64,000 bases of DNA from Bacilli bacterium (GCA_047971315.1 JBKDZP010000004.1:5466-69465), one strand, 5' to 3'; shown: positions 17,852-28,855, counted from the first letter of the stretch. Numbers and translations: made by a program. Notes: generated by a model not told the origin, from the sequence alone.

Positions 17852-20797
17852 TTACTTTATTTTTTCTAATTTAACACTTACTAATTTACTAACTCCAGAT
17901 TCTTGCATCGTAATACCATATAATACATCTGCATATTCCATTGTTTTTTTCTTATGTGTAATAAGAATAAATTGTGTTTTGCCTTTTAGCTTTTTTATAT
18001 ATTTTCCAAATGTATCAACATTTACTTCATCGAGTGCTGCTTCTACTTCATCTAAAACACAAAAAGGTACTGGTCTAGATTTCAATATTGCAAACAATAA
18101 ACTAATTGCTGTAAATGTTTTTTCACCACCTGATAATAATGAAATACTTGTTAATTTTTTTCCTGGAGGGGAAGCCACAATTTCAATTCCTGTTTCTAAT
18201 AGATTAGATGGATCAGTTAATCTTAAATCAGCAAATCCACCTTTAAATAACTCATTAAAAGTTTTAGAAAAATTTTCTTTTACAATGTTAAAAGTTGTAA
18301 TAAATTCTTCTTTCATCACTGTATCCATCTCTTCAATAATTTCCAATAAAGTATTTTCAGCATGTAATAAATCTTCTTTTTGATTTATTAAAAAATCATA
18401 TCTTTCTGCTACTTTATCATATTCTTCAATAGCACCTAAATTAATTACTCCTAAATCTTTAATTATATTTTTTAAGTTACTTACTTTATTTCTAGCAACT
18501 TCATCATCAATTTCTAATTTGTAATTTAATTTTGCTGATTCATAGGTTAAACTATACGTTTCATTTAATTTGTTTAATAGAGTATCTAGTTTAACATCCA
18601 TCCTGTTTACTTCTATTTCTAAATCTTTTAAAATTTTCGATTTTTCTTTATAAATACTATTTTCTTTTTTTAATGAAAACTCAAATTCTTCTAAATCACT
18701 TTTTATATTTGTTCTTTTTTTAATTATATTTTCTAAATTAATTTCTAAATCATTCTTTATTTTTAATTGTTCGTAGTATTTATTTATAATAATATCTTCT
18801 TCACTACTTAAATTATTATTTAAAATACCATCAATACCAGATATTTCATTTATAACTGTTTTTAAATTATTTTCTGATTCCATCAATAATTTATTTTTAT
18901 TTGAAATATATTCTTCATTATTAATTTTATCTTTAGTTAATAAATAAATTTTATCTTCAATTGATTTTAAATTATAATCACAAATATTAATTTTTTCTTC
19001 TAAATCTTTAATATCTGAAATAATTTTTGAATGTTCTTTCAAATAATTTTCTAATTCATATTTTTCAGAAATAATGCTTTTAGTTTTTAATAAGGTACCA
19101 CCAGTTAGTGACCCACCAATATGTAATAATTCACCATCTAATGTAACTATTTTATATTTATGATTTAATATTTTACTTATTTTTGTTGCATTTTCTATAT
19201 TATCTGTAATAATTACATTACCTAATTGATTTTCTATAATATTTTTATACATTGGATTAAATTTTATTAATTCACTAGCTATATTTATATACCCTATCTC
19301 ATTTTTTATTATATTTATAATATTACTTTCTATATATTTTGATTTAATAATATTTAAAGGAAAAAATGTTACTCTACCTAACTTATTTGTTTTTAAATAA
19401 TTAATAGCGTTTTTCGCACATTTATCATCATCAACTATTACATTATTACTATTTGCTCCTAGGGATGTTGTAATTGCTGTTGTATATGATTCTTCTACTT
19501 CAATTATATTTCCAATTGCATTATGAATACCATTTAATTTGGGATTTTCCAATACTTCTTTTACCCCATATGGTAGTAAACTATTATTTTCAATACTTGT
19601 TTTTAGATATTTTATTTTATTTTCTAATTCAGTTTTGTTAGATATTAGTTTTGTTAAATCAAATTCAAATTTATTTTTAATATTTTTTGTTTTATTTAAT
19701 TCGTTTTCTAATTGTTCAATATTAATAATTGTATTTTTTAATGTTTCATCTAAATTACTTATTTCCAAGTTTAGTGTATAAATATCACTGTCTAATTTTT
19801 TTGATGTTTCTTTTAAATCTAATGCTCTATTATGAAGAACTTTATCTTCTACTTCATATTTTTTTCTTTCAACTAATATTTTTTTTTCACTATTAATTTG
19901 TTCAACTAAAGTATTTTGATTTAATAATTGTTTTTGTAATCCACTAATATTTTTATCAAATTCTAAAATATTTTTATGAATTGTTTCGATTTTTGTTTCA
20001 TTGCTGTTAGAGTTAATTCCTAGTTCTATTAATTCTAAATTTAAGTTTTCAATTGTTTTTTTATTTTCTTGATAAGTATAGTTTATATTTGTTATATCAG
20101 TTGTTATTAAAGATATTTCTATATTTTCTAATTCTGATGCTTTTTCTTGATAAATCAATGCTTTTTCTTTTTGTTCTTTTAAAGGAACTACTTGATGTTC
20201 CAATTCATTAATAATATCTTCTACCCGATTCATATTATTATGAGTTTTTTCTAATTTTCTTAAAGCTTCTTCTTTTCTTTTTTTATATTTCAACACTCCA
20301 GCTGCTTCTTCTAATATTACTCTTCTCTCATTTGCTTTACTACTTATTATCTCATCAATTTTTCCTTGTGAAATAATATTAAAACTTTCCTTAGCAATTC
20401 CACTATCTAGTAAAATATCAGTAACATCTTTTAGTCTACATTTTTCATTATTAATTGAATATTCATTTGTACCATCTTGATATACTCTTCTTCTTATTTC
20501 TACTTCAGAATAGTCAAGTTTTAAGTATTTATCACTATTATCAAATATTAATGATACAGTTGCCATGTGCATGGTATTTCGAGATTTGCTACCAGAAAAT
20601 ATTACATCTGTCATATTTCCATCTCCTCTTAGAGACTTTACAGATTGTTCACCAAGAACCCATCTAATAGCATCAACTACATTACTTTTTCCACTACCAT
20701 TTGGTCCAACAACTCCAGTTATACCATTTTCCAAATCAATTGTTATTTTGTCTGCAAATGATTTAAATCCACTAGCAATTATTTTTTTTAAATACAT
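17852..20797 (-). CDS. smc: Chromosome condensation and segregation protein SMC. The start is probably MYLKKIIASGF.
   Basis: N-terminal Walker A (GPNGSGKSN), a long coiled coil, a hinge region, and a C-terminal LSGGEKTFTAISLLFA...LDEVEAALD. Confidence 0.85.
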   Translation of the reverse strand: MYLKKIIASGFKSFADKITIDLENGITGVVGPNGSGKSNVVDAIRWVLGEQSVKSLRGDGNMTDVIFSGSKSRNTMHMATVSLIFDNSDKYLKLDYSEVEIRRRVYQDGTNEYSINNEKCRLKDVTDILLDSGIAKESFNIISQGKIDEIISSKANERRVILEEAAGVLKYKKRKEEALRKLEKTHNNMNRVEDIINELEHQVVPLKEQKEKALIYQEKASELENIEISLITTDITNINYTYQENKKTIENLNLELIELGINSNSNETKIETIHKNILEFDKNISGLQKQLLNQNTLVEQINSEKKILVERKKYEVEDKVLHNRALDLKETSKKLDSDIYTLNLEISNLDETLKNTIINIEQLENELNKTKNIKNKFEFDLTKLISNKTELENKIKYLKTSIENNSLLPYGVKEVLENPKLNGIHNAIGNIIEVEESYTTAITTSLGANSNNVIVDDDKCAKNAINYLKTNKLGRVTFFPLNIIKSKYIESNIINIIKNEIGYINIASELIKFNPMYKNIIENQLGNVIITDNIENATKISKILNHKYKIVTLDGELLHIGGSLTGGTLLKTKSIISEKYELENYLKEHSKIISDIKDLEEKINICDYNLKSIEDKIYLLTKDKINNEEYISNKNKLLMESENNLKTVINEISGIDGILNNNLSSEEDIIINKYYEQLKIKNDLEINLENIIKKRTNIKSDLEEFEFSLKKENSIYKEKSKILKDLEIEVNRMDVKLDTLLNKLNETYSLTYESAKLNYKLEIDDEVARNKVSNLKNIIKDLGVINLGAIEEYDKVAERYDFLINQKEDLLHAENTLLEIIEEMDTVMKEEFITTFNIVKENFSKTFNELFKGGFADLRLTDPSNLLETGIEIVASPPGKKLTSISLLSGGEKTFTAISLLFAILKSRPVPFCVLDEVEAALDEVNVDTFGKYIKKLKGKTQFILITHKKKTMEYADVLYGITMQESGVSKLVSVKLEKIK

Positions 20798-20959
20798 AAA
20801 AAACCACTCATTTCTGCTATTTATTATACAGTAATAGTAGTTTATAAGCAAGTAATAGAGTTTTTAAAAATGTTACTCTTTTTTTATATTTAAGTACAAT
20901 ATTCAACATAAGTTTTAATCTAAAATAATAATATATAAAAACACTTTTTTAAAGTGTCT

Positions 20960-21310
20960 TTAATCTTTAGGACTAAAAATAAATGATAAGAAAAATGAAA
21001 TAACAATTGCAGAAATAATTCCAGATGATGTAAGATCAAACATTCCCATAGCAAGTCCCATTACACCATATTCTTCTGCTTTTTCTAAGGCACCATGAAT
21101 TAAAAGATGTCCAAAGCTTGTAATAGGAACTAGTGCTCCACCACCTGCAAAATCTACAATCTTATCATAAATACTAAACGTATCTAAAAAAGCTCCAGTA
21201 AATACAAACAAAGTTGTAATATGTCCAGCTGTTAATTTAGTATTATCCATTATAATTTGTCCAATTAAGCAAACAAATCCACAAAACAAGAAGGCATTAA
21301 AATAGATCAT
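20960..21310 (-). CDS. spoVAEb: Stage V sporulation protein AEb (SpoVAEb).
   Basis: A 116-aa membrane protein of the SpoVAC/SpoVAEB family. It is last in a three-gene operon with SpoVAD. Confidence 0.7.
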   Translation of the reverse strand: MIYFNAFLFCGFVCLIGQIIMDNTKLTAGHITTLFVFTGAFLDTFSIYDKIVDFAGGGALVPITSFGHLLIHGALEKAEEYGVMGLAMGMFDLTSSGIISAIVISFFLSFIFSPKD

Positions 21311-22296
21311 GAAAATACCTCCAAACTAATAGCATGCGCTATTGAAGGAATTGAGTTTTTTTCATTCACAACAGTAGTTGATAATAAAGCACCAGTTGCG
21401 ATTATTAAAACCTTTTTTATTTTTTCTTGTTTCATATCATTGAAAATTTTTGTGTATGTGACTAGTGGCAAACAAGCAGGTCCACTTCCACCCGCATAAA
21501 CAGGTTGTTTTTCAAGATCATAAATAATTGTTCCAGCATCATTATAATTATTAAGATTAATGTTATACTTTTTTTTCATATATTCTATAGATATACTTTT
21601 ACCATATTTTCCTAGATCACCGCTTAAAATTAAATCGTAGTAATTAACTTCTCTATTTGTTTCACTAAGATGTGTATAAAGTGTTTCACAAAATGCTTTT
21701 GACATTACTGCCCCCATATGATATGCATCATATATGTTTGCATCTTCAACTATTCCAACTGTAGCACTTTCTATTTTTATTCCTTTTTTATTACTTGTTA
21801 AAAATGCAGCTACTCCACCAGTAGTTGTGAAAGTTGCAGTTTTCCTTTTAGGACCACCATATTCTATTGGATATCTAAATTGTCTTTCAGCTGCATTATT
21901 ATGAGAAGATACAGTACAAATACAGTTTTTAGTTTGCTTACTTTCTATCATATTTGCACCAATAATTAAACCTTCTACACTTGTAGCACAAGCACTATAT
22001 ATTCCAAACATTGGAATTTTTAGTATTTTATTAGCATAAGAAGAAGCAACAATTTGATTTAATAAATCTCCAGATAAAATAATATCAATTTCTTCCTTTC
22101 GAATATTTATTTTCTTTAACAAAGTTTCAACACTATCTATTATTAATTTAGTCTCTGCCATCTCAAAGTTTTTTTCTTTAAAATAAAGTTCCTTGTAACT
22201 TTTATCAAATAAATTACCAAGCGGTCCTAATTTTTCATACGGTCCTGTAATTGTAGCTGTTTCATTAATATAAACATTTTTATATTTAAATGTCAT
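21307..22296 (-). CDS. spoVAD: Stage V sporulation protein AD (SpoVAD), thiolase/KAS-like fold.
   Basis: 329 aa with a thiolase-like architecture (IYSACATSVEGLIIGANMIESK). It lies between the two SpoVAC/AEb-family membrane genes with overlapping stop and start codons. Confidence 0.75.
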   Translation of the reverse strand: MTFKYKNVYINETATITGPYEKLGPLGNLFDKSYKELYFKEKNFEMAETKLIIDSVETLLKKINIRKEEIDIILSGDLLNQIVASSYANKILKIPMFGIYSACATSVEGLIIGANMIESKQTKNCICTVSSHNNAAERQFRYPIEYGGPKRKTATFTTTGGVAAFLTSNKKGIKIESATVGIVEDANIYDAYHMGAVMSKAFCETLYTHLSETNREVNYYDLILSGDLGKYGKSISIEYMKKKYNINLNNYNDAGTIIYDLEKQPVYAGGSGPACLPLVTYTKIFNDMKQEKIKKVLIIATGALLSTTVVNEKNSIPSIAHAISLEVFS

Positions 22297-22739
22297 ACGC
22301 TACCTCCAAATATTAATATTCTAATTAAACCAAATACATAAGCACTTACTACTCCAACAATTATAACTGAACCGGCAAGTTTAAACATATTTGCACCTAA
22401 TCCGGTTACTATTCCTTCCTTTCTATATTCCAAAGCAGCACTCATCATAGCATGGGCAAATCCAGAAATAGGAATAAATAATCCTGCTTTTGCGAAGTTA
22501 ACAAATTTATCGAAAAATCCAAAACAAGTTAGCAAACAAGATATAAATATTAAAGTAATAATCATATATGTTCCTGCTTCTTTTGAAGGTATATCTAAAA
22601 AATATTTATACGCATTTAACATTAATTCACCAAGTATTCCCATAATTCCACCTATAAAAAAAGATATTATTCCATTTTTTAATCTATCTTCTTTTGGTGT
22701 AAATTTATCTACAATAATTTGATAATCTTTTTTATCCAT
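22293..22739 (-). CDS. spoVAC: Stage V sporulation protein AC (SpoVAC).
   Basis: A 148-aa polytopic membrane protein of the SpoVAC family. It is first in the spoVAC-AD-AEb order. Confidence 0.7.
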   Translation of the reverse strand: MDKKDYQIIVDKFTPKEDRLKNGIISFFIGGIMGILGELMLNAYKYFLDIPSKEAGTYMIITLIFISCLLTCFGFFDKFVNFAKAGLFIPISGFAHAMMSAALEYRKEGIVTGLGANMFKLAGSVIIVGVVSAYVFGLIRILIFGGSV

Positions 22740-22904
22740 TTTTTCCTCCTATTTTATTATGTATTTATATTAAAAATTTAATACATTATATTTAAAAAAC
22801 TCTTTTAATACTTAAAATTGCAATTACAGTTTGATAATGACTTATTAAACTTTACATTTATTAAAAAATGTGTTAATATAAGCTACCAAGGAAGTGAGTT
22901 TTAA

Positions 22905-23567
22905 ATGAATAAAAATTATTTAATATGGGATTTAATTCCAGCTATAAAAGAAATCACAGCATCAAAGGAATATAATTATACTTTCCCAGTTGATAAAATG
23001 ATTGAAACAATATTAGAAATGATGAATCAACCAATAGAAGATAAAAATTTTTCAATTGAAGAAGCAACTTCAGATATACTAAAAAAATTAGAGTTAACTG
23101 AAGATGAATATACTATCTCCAAATTAATTTCTGGTGGAACTATTATTTCTAAAAATAAAAATAATAATTCAATACAGTATTTATTTAGCTATGTTCTTCA
23201 TAAAAAAGAAGATTATTCTAAAATTATTAGTGAATTTTATGATGAAAATTATGAAGAATTATTTTGCTCTATTAATAAAAATTTAAATACTGAAATCGAT
23301 GAAATTAATTGGTGGAATAGAAAAAATGTGAAAAAACAAATTCAAGTATACAATACACTTTTAAATAACAATGAAGCTGTAATAATTGCACAAAGTTATT
23401 TTACTGCTCCTAATTTAGCTAAAGTATTTGAAATGACAAACAATGGTCTTGGAAAAATATTTACTAGTTTATCTTTAAATGATGAACAAGATTTTAGTTA
23501 TTTTGATATTAATGATGAAAAATTTATAGATGAAAATGCAGAATTTGTTAAAAAAAAATTATATTAG
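22905..23567 (+). CDS. Hypothetical protein.
   Basis: A 220-aa ORF with no recognisable motif. Confidence 0.35.
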   Translation: MNKNYLIWDLIPAIKEITASKEYNYTFPVDKMIETILEMMNQPIEDKNFSIEEATSDILKKLELTEDEYTISKLISGGTIISKNKNNNSIQYLFSYVLHKKEDYSKIISEFYDENYEELFCSINKNLNTEIDEINWWNRKNVKKQIQVYNTLLNNNEAVIIAQSYFTAPNLAKVFEMTNNGLGKIFTSLSLNDEQDFSYFDINDEKFIDENAEFVKKKLY

Positions 23568-23652
23568 ATTTTAAATAAAAATCTTTTTAATAATTAAATA
23601 AAATTTATACATATTAAGTAAAGATAAGTAACTTGGAAGGAATGATGTTAAC

Positions 23653-24084
23653 ATGAATATCGATTTTAAAAATGATGACGCGTCTAATAGAAAAGAAAAT
23701 GATTATATCAATTCAAAAATAATTATTGATATAATTGATGATAATGTTAAAAATATAAATGATTCATCTAAATATTACCTTGTTCATATTTTACACAAAA
23801 AAATACATTCTCCATTTATAGTAGGAATATTTACTAATCCTGAAAATGAAAAAAAATGTTATTCTCAAATTGATGAATGTGATCAAACAATTATTTCTGA
23901 TTTAAATAGTACAATTGAAAATGGTATAACTTATAGACTTAACAATTTAAAAAATCTATTAAAAAATAATGAGATTAAAATTATGTCTGTAGAAATGTTT
24001 GAATCTAATACAATTAATGAAATTATAAATATTTCAAAAAATAACAAAAATACACTTATCAAAAAAAGAAAAAATAATTCTTAG
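23653..24084 (+). CDS. Hypothetical protein.
   Basis: A 143-aa ORF. Confidence 0.3.
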   Translation: MNIDFKNDDASNRKENDYINSKIIIDIIDDNVKNINDSSKYYLVHILHKKIHSPFIVGIFTNPENEKKCYSQIDECDQTIISDLNSTIENGITYRLNNLKNLLKNNEIKIMSVEMFESNTINEIINISKNNKNTLIKKRKNNS

Positions 24085-24219
24085 ATGTACAAAAATATTA
24101 AATAAAGAAGTTATATTTAGTATATTTTAAAAAAATAATAAAAAAAAGATAAATTTTTCAATTAATCTTTTTTTTTTACATTAATTTTTTTATTTAAAAG
24201 GTATTATTTTATCAATTTT

Positions 24220-24894
24220 TTAAACAAAATCTTTTTCTTTTAAACTATTTTTTAATTTTTGTTTTATCTTTTCTTCTAATCTAGATACTTGAACTTGGTT
24301 TACACCAATATTATTAGCAATTTCATTTTGAGTTAAATTATCAAAATAACGCCATTTTATTATTTGTTGTTCGGTAATATTTAATTTTTCTAATTCGAAT
24401 TTTAATGCAATTAAAGTATTAATATCCATTTTTTTATCTTCAATAATATCATATAAATTTACTGTTTTCCCTTCAGAGTTTAAATCATCATCTAAACTTT
24501 GAATATTAGTACTATTTGTTATAACACTAATACAATATTCTAATTTACTAGTTGGTATATTTAATTCTAAAGCAATTTCATCAAGTGATGGCACTCTCAT
24601 ATATTTTTGAGTCAATAATATTTTTATTTTTTCGCTTTCATAATATATTTTTTTTAAAGTTGGACTTGGTCTTAATATCTTATCTTCTCTAATATATTTT
24701 TTCATCTCACCTAAGATATGCTTATAAGCATATGTTGTAAATTTAATTCCTAAATTCTCATCATATTTTTTATATGCTTTAAGAAGTCCAATCATACCTG
24801 CTTGATATAAGTCATCTTTATTTTGATACCACTCAAAATAATGAGTAAGTGAAAAAACAAAATTTTGATATTGTTCTATTAATTGATTATTCAT
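24220..24894 (-). CDS. Group-3 sigma-70 family sigma factor (SigF/SigG/SigB-like).
   Basis: 224 aa. Region 2 (DLYQAGMIGLLKAYKKYD...FTTYAYKHILGEM) and region 4 (LTQNEIANNIGVNQVQVSRLEEKI) closely match the SigF/G GISQVQVSRLEKKI motif. Confidence 0.8.
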   Translation of the reverse strand: MNNQLIEQYQNFVFSLTHYFEWYQNKDDLYQAGMIGLLKAYKKYDENLGIKFTTYAYKHILGEMKKYIREDKILRPSPTLKKIYYESEKIKILLTQKYMRVPSLDEIALELNIPTSKLEYCISVITNSTNIQSLDDDLNSEGKTVNLYDIIEDKKMDINTLIALKFELEKLNITEQQIIKWRYFDNLTQNEIANNIGVNQVQVSRLEEKIKQKLKNSLKEKDFV

Positions 24895-24903
24895 ATTTTT
24901 CTC

Positions 24904-25251
24904 CTATACATGTAATAATTTAAATGCATTTAATTCATTATTTGTTACTTTTAAATATTTAAATATTCTACTATTATTCAATCTAAATTTAACTTCATTG
25001 TCTTTTAAGCCACATATTAATAATTTTCCATTATTCTCTTTACACAGTTCATAACTATAAAATAATGTGTTTATTCCTCTTTCATCTATGTCAATTAAAT
25101 TTTCCATATTTAATACTACATTTTTCATTCCATTTTCTTTAATCAAATCATTTACTTTAGTTTTCAATTTTTCTACTGTAAATATACTTAATTCTCCATA
25201 TAATCTTACAAACAAAATTCCTTTTCGATATTCTAAAATAATTTCTAACAT
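24904..25251 (-). CDS. STAS-domain anti-sigma-factor antagonist (SpoIIAA/RsbV-like), without the canonical phospho-serine.
   Basis: A 115-aa STAS fold. It ends 10 bp upstream of the sigma gene. At the position of the DSSG phospho-site the sequence reads IDERG. Confidence 0.6.
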   Translation of the reverse strand: MLEIILEYRKGILFVRLYGELSIFTVEKLKTKVNDLIKENGMKNVVLNMENLIDIDERGINTLFYSYELCKENNGKLLICGLKDNEVKFRLNNSRIFKYLKVTNNELNAFKLLHV

Positions 25252-25344
25252 TAATCCACCTTCTGAATATACTTTAACACAAATATTTTATTTAAAGTCA
25301 GATTCGACAAAAGTAGTTATATTTTTGATACGACAAAAAAAGAC

Positions 25345-26736
25345 TTATTCAATTAAGTCTCTTGTAAATGTATTAACATACACTTTTACCTTATAATCTG
25401 TTAGTAAGTTATAATTATATACTTTATTATTTTTTAAATCATTAAATATTTCACTATCAAACCCAATAGTAAAACTTTTTAATGATGATCTTATACTTAT
25501 ATAATCTATCTCTGCATATTCATCTATGTATACACCTATTATGTCATTAAACTCACTATAATAACTAACATCAATTCTTACTTGATAATCTTCTAAACTT
25601 TCATCTATTTCCAATGTATCATAATTCATTGTTGTTCCCTTACTAATTTTTTCAGTATAAGTTACTACATCTTCTATATATTTATCAGGTAAATAATTAT
25701 GATATGAGAAATTAGTTATATACTCAATAGTCATTAAGGTCCCTATTACCGTAAATATTATACTAATAATCAAATTCCAAACATAAATTTTAGTTTTAGT
25801 AAAAAGCAATTTATAAATTGTATTAGTAAAAAACAATTGAAGTCCTAATATACCAATTAATAAAATTATAATTCCAAATATTTGTAAACCCTTAATAGCA
25901 AAATATATAGCAATTGTTAGAAAAATAATAAACGAAATAATAACAACCCATGCAGGTATAATAACAATAATAACAACCCATATTTTTAATAATAACATAA
26001 TTATATTTTCTACACTATTAGTTTTTTTTACCTCTTTTTTCTTTGATACTTGTATTTTTTCATTATTATTATTTTCATCAATATTATTGGTTTTTTTTAC
26101 TTTTTTTTTATTATCTTTTTTATCTGATTTTTTAATAATTTCTTTTGTTAAATCAGACTCAGTAATATTCACATATTTTTTTACAATTGAAAATATCAAT
26201 AATATACATATTGCAATATAAGATATATATACTAATAAACTCCAAATAATAGACAATAAACTGTCAAGTGGTGAAAATCCCAAATTAATTAAATTAGAAC
26301 CTAATCTAGATATTATGTTAAATGGTATATTTAATATTACTAGTAAAAAAAGACATATTATTATTTTAATTGCAATTACAAATACAGTTTCATTATTTAA
26401 TTCTTTTCCATTCTGTTGAAAAGATTTAACTATAATTTCAGTTATTTCACTTAATTTTTTTGCTCCTTTTTTTATAAGATTATCTATGTCATTTAAAAAT
26501 GAGTTTTCAGTGTCATTGGTTTTTCTATAATCTGGATTTATTTTATAAGCACTTAAAATTTCTTTAGTTAACTGGTCAATACTACCAAATTCACTAACTG
26601 CATCAATCTCCTTTTTACCGTGTTTTACTTTTTCTTCAATAATATCGCGATATTCATTTATTATATCATTCTTTTCTTCTTCGCTTAAAACTTCAAGTTT
26701 ATTTTTTAATTGTTTTAAAAATTGTTCTTTATTCAT
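25345..26736 (-). CDS. DUF1700 (HAAS-like) membrane protein partnered with PadR.
   Basis: The N-terminus MNKEQFLKQLKNKLEVLSEEEKNDIINEYRDIIEEK matches DUF1700. A polytopic membrane region follows. It lies directly downstream of a PadR regulator. Confidence 0.55.
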   Translation of the reverse strand: MNKEQFLKQLKNKLEVLSEEEKNDIINEYRDIIEEKVKHGKKEIDAVSEFGSIDQLTKEILSAYKINPDYRKTNDTENSFLNDIDNLIKKGAKKLSEITEIIVKSFQQNGKELNNETVFVIAIKIIICLFLLVILNIPFNIISRLGSNLINLGFSPLDSLLSIIWSLLVYISYIAICILLIFSIVKKYVNITESDLTKEIIKKSDKKDNKKKVKKTNNIDENNNNEKIQVSKKKEVKKTNSVENIIMLLLKIWVVIIVIIPAWVVIISFIIFLTIAIYFAIKGLQIFGIIILLIGILGLQLFFTNTIYKLLFTKTKIYVWNLIISIIFTVIGTLMTIEYITNFSYHNYLPDKYIEDVVTYTEKISKGTTMNYDTLEIDESLEDYQVRIDVSYYSEFNDIIGVYIDEYAEIDYISIRSSLKSFTIGFDSEIFNDLKNNKVYNYNLLTDYKVKVYVNTFTRDLIE

Positions 26737-26818
26737 TTTTATTACACTCCTTTATAAATTTAGAAACTGATTTTTAAAATATATTCCAAACTTCTAAATA
26801 TTCACTCATCTTTTCTTT

Positions 26819-27100
26819 TCATAAAATTGTTATTTTATAATATTTTCTAGATGGGCCCTCTTTAGATTCAACCAAATATGTATCAAAATATTTTTCATTT
26901 GTTAATCTTTTTAATAATGGATAAATAGTACCATCATTCACATCTACTACTTTTGAAACTTCTTCAACAAGTTCATATCCATACATATCTTTTTTATTAA
27001 CTGATAGTAGTACAATTAATTCTAGTACTCCTTTTTTCATTTGAGTATTAATATTATCACCTCTAAATATAATTTTATACCAACTACTATGTATTGTCAA
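26819..27100 (-). CDS. PadR-family transcriptional regulator. The start is probably the internal [10 protein letters not shown].
   Basis: The stretch [23 protein letters not shown]...[15 protein letters not shown]...SRKYYKIT matches the PadR wHTH. A TTGACA-17-TAAAAT promoter lies upstream on the minus strand. Confidence 0.7.
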   Translation of the reverse strand: MTIHSSWYKIIFRGDNINTQMKKGVLELIVLLSVNKKDMYGYELVEEVSKVVDVNDGTIYPLLKRLTNEKYFDTYLVESKEGPSRKYYKITIL

Positions 27101-27231
27101 GTACTAAATTATAACTAATAAATATTATGCGAATTTTAAAATAAAATTAATAATTAATTATACTTATTTTAGCTAAATTTGACAAATTAACTATTTGTGT
27201 TATAATATGCGATATTAATGGGGGGGTTATT

Positions 27232-27966
27232 ATGATAAACAGCAATAATAATATTAAAAATTATGCTATTTTAGAACAACATGATATAACTACAAATCTT
27301 CAAATTCAACTAAATATTAAAAACATAGTAGAAGATGATTTAAAAAAATTAGCTTTAGCTAAAGAAAATATAAAAAAGAAAATGAAAAAAGAAAGTGGTT
27401 TATTACCAATATCCTTAACTAAAGACAAACCAAAAATTAAACAAGAATTAAATAATTTCACTAAACTTATTGAAATCTACTATGATTTGGAAGAGGAAAT
27501 TTCATTAGTAAATGATAAAATAAAAGATTTAGAAAATAAAATTATTTCAACTAATAAAATTATTGAATTTTATAAATATTGTGAAAAAAAGCACGAATTT
27601 AATACTAAAACAGAGATATCTAATATTTTAACTAAATATGAAGATGATTTAGAAATTCAAAAAACTTCATCTACATTTGATAGAAAATACGAAGATGGAT
27701 CTTTTAAATTAAATTTGTTTAATGCATTAACATTTATTCAAACTAAAAGTAATATTGAACCTTTTAATTTTGATGGTAATAAAAATTATGAATTAATTAA
27801 AGATACAACAAAAAAGTTTGATGGCAAAAAAATTGACACCAAATTCGTTAAACTAATTGAAAAAAAATTTAATAAAGATTTTATTCCAAATTTAGAAGAA
27901 TTATTAGAAATAAATGATGTTACATTTGATGATGCAATGAAATCATATAAAATTGTTAAAAAATAA
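27232..27966 (+). CDS. Hypothetical coiled-coil protein.
   Basis: A 244-aa ORF preceded by a strong promoter (TTGACA, 16-nt spacer, TGTTATAAT at 27187-27214). Confidence 0.4.
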   Translation: MINSNNNIKNYAILEQHDITTNLQIQLNIKNIVEDDLKKLALAKENIKKKMKKESGLLPISLTKDKPKIKQELNNFTKLIEIYYDLEEEISLVNDKIKDLENKIISTNKIIEFYKYCEKKHEFNTKTEISNILTKYEDDLEIQKTSSTFDRKYEDGSFKLNLFNALTFIQTKSNIEPFNFDGNKNYELIKDTTKKFDGKKIDTKFVKLIEKKFNKDFIPNLEELLEINDVTFDDAMKSYKIVKK

Positions 27967-28855
27967 TGTTAGATTAAAAGGGGAATTTATGGAAAATAAA
28001 AATAAAATTGATTACACAATTATAAAATATAATCAATTATCAAAAGAGTTTGAAACTAAAAGAACATATAAAAAGACACTTCAAAAGGATTTAAACTATA
28101 ATGATAGTATTAAAAAAATATTAGAAGAAAAAATAAATAATCATGAAAATTTAATTAAAAATAAAAATTTAAAATACTCTAATGCCAGTAAATTTGCACA
28201 AAAACTTTTCAAAATTTCAAGTTGTATAACTTTAAGTACTATAATTGGTAGCAGTTTATTAATTGGAAATTCGGCAATTGGAACTATTTTTGGTAGCATT
28301 ATTGGAATTTCTGGTACATTTGCTACTAGTAGTGCCATTTATCATTTTAAACTTAAAAAAATAAAAGATGAGTTTAAAAAAAATATAATATATTCAAGTA
28401 ATGTATATAGAGCAAGAGATATTAAACAAATTGAATCATTTAATTATAGAATTACGGAATTATTAAAAAAAATATCTTTAGTTGAAAGTGAAATTAATAA
28501 TTTAAATATTGAAATTGATAAGCATAAAAATATTATAAACAATTTTGAAATTGAAAAAACAAATAAAGAAAAGATTTATTTTGAAAAACAAAATAAATAT
28601 ATTGAAAGATTATCTAATTTTATTATTAAAAGTGGAATTGATTTATCCTACTTCAATAATAATCCTGAGGATTATAAGGTAAATAATGCTCCAATTATTG
28701 GCGAAAATAATAGTAAAGAAATAAAAGTAAATAATTTTGAAATTATTCCTATATTAGAACAAATCTTACAATATAATGGAATAAAATTAGATAACTTTAT
28801 TGAAAATGATATTGATTTAACACATAGGTTAATAAAGGTAAGAAAATCACGCTAA
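27953..28855 (+). CDS. Hypothetical membrane protein with a coiled coil, co-operonic with the previous gene.
   Basis: 300 aa. The central Gly/Ser-rich transmembrane helices read ITLSTIIGSSLLIGNSAIGTIFGSIIGISGTFATSSAIYHF. The start overlaps the upstream gene. Confidence 0.4.
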   Translation: MLKNNVRLKGEFMENKNKIDYTIIKYNQLSKEFETKRTYKKTLQKDLNYNDSIKKILEEKINNHENLIKNKNLKYSNASKFAQKLFKISSCITLSTIIGSSLLIGNSAIGTIFGSIIGISGTFATSSAIYHFKLKKIKDEFKKNIIYSSNVYRARDIKQIESFNYRITELLKKISLVESEINNLNIEIDKHKNIINNFEIEKTNKEKIYFEKQNKYIERLSNFIIKSGIDLSYFNNNPEDYKVNNAPIIGENNSKEIKVNNFEIIPILEQILQYNGIKLDNFIENDIDLTHRLIKVRKSR

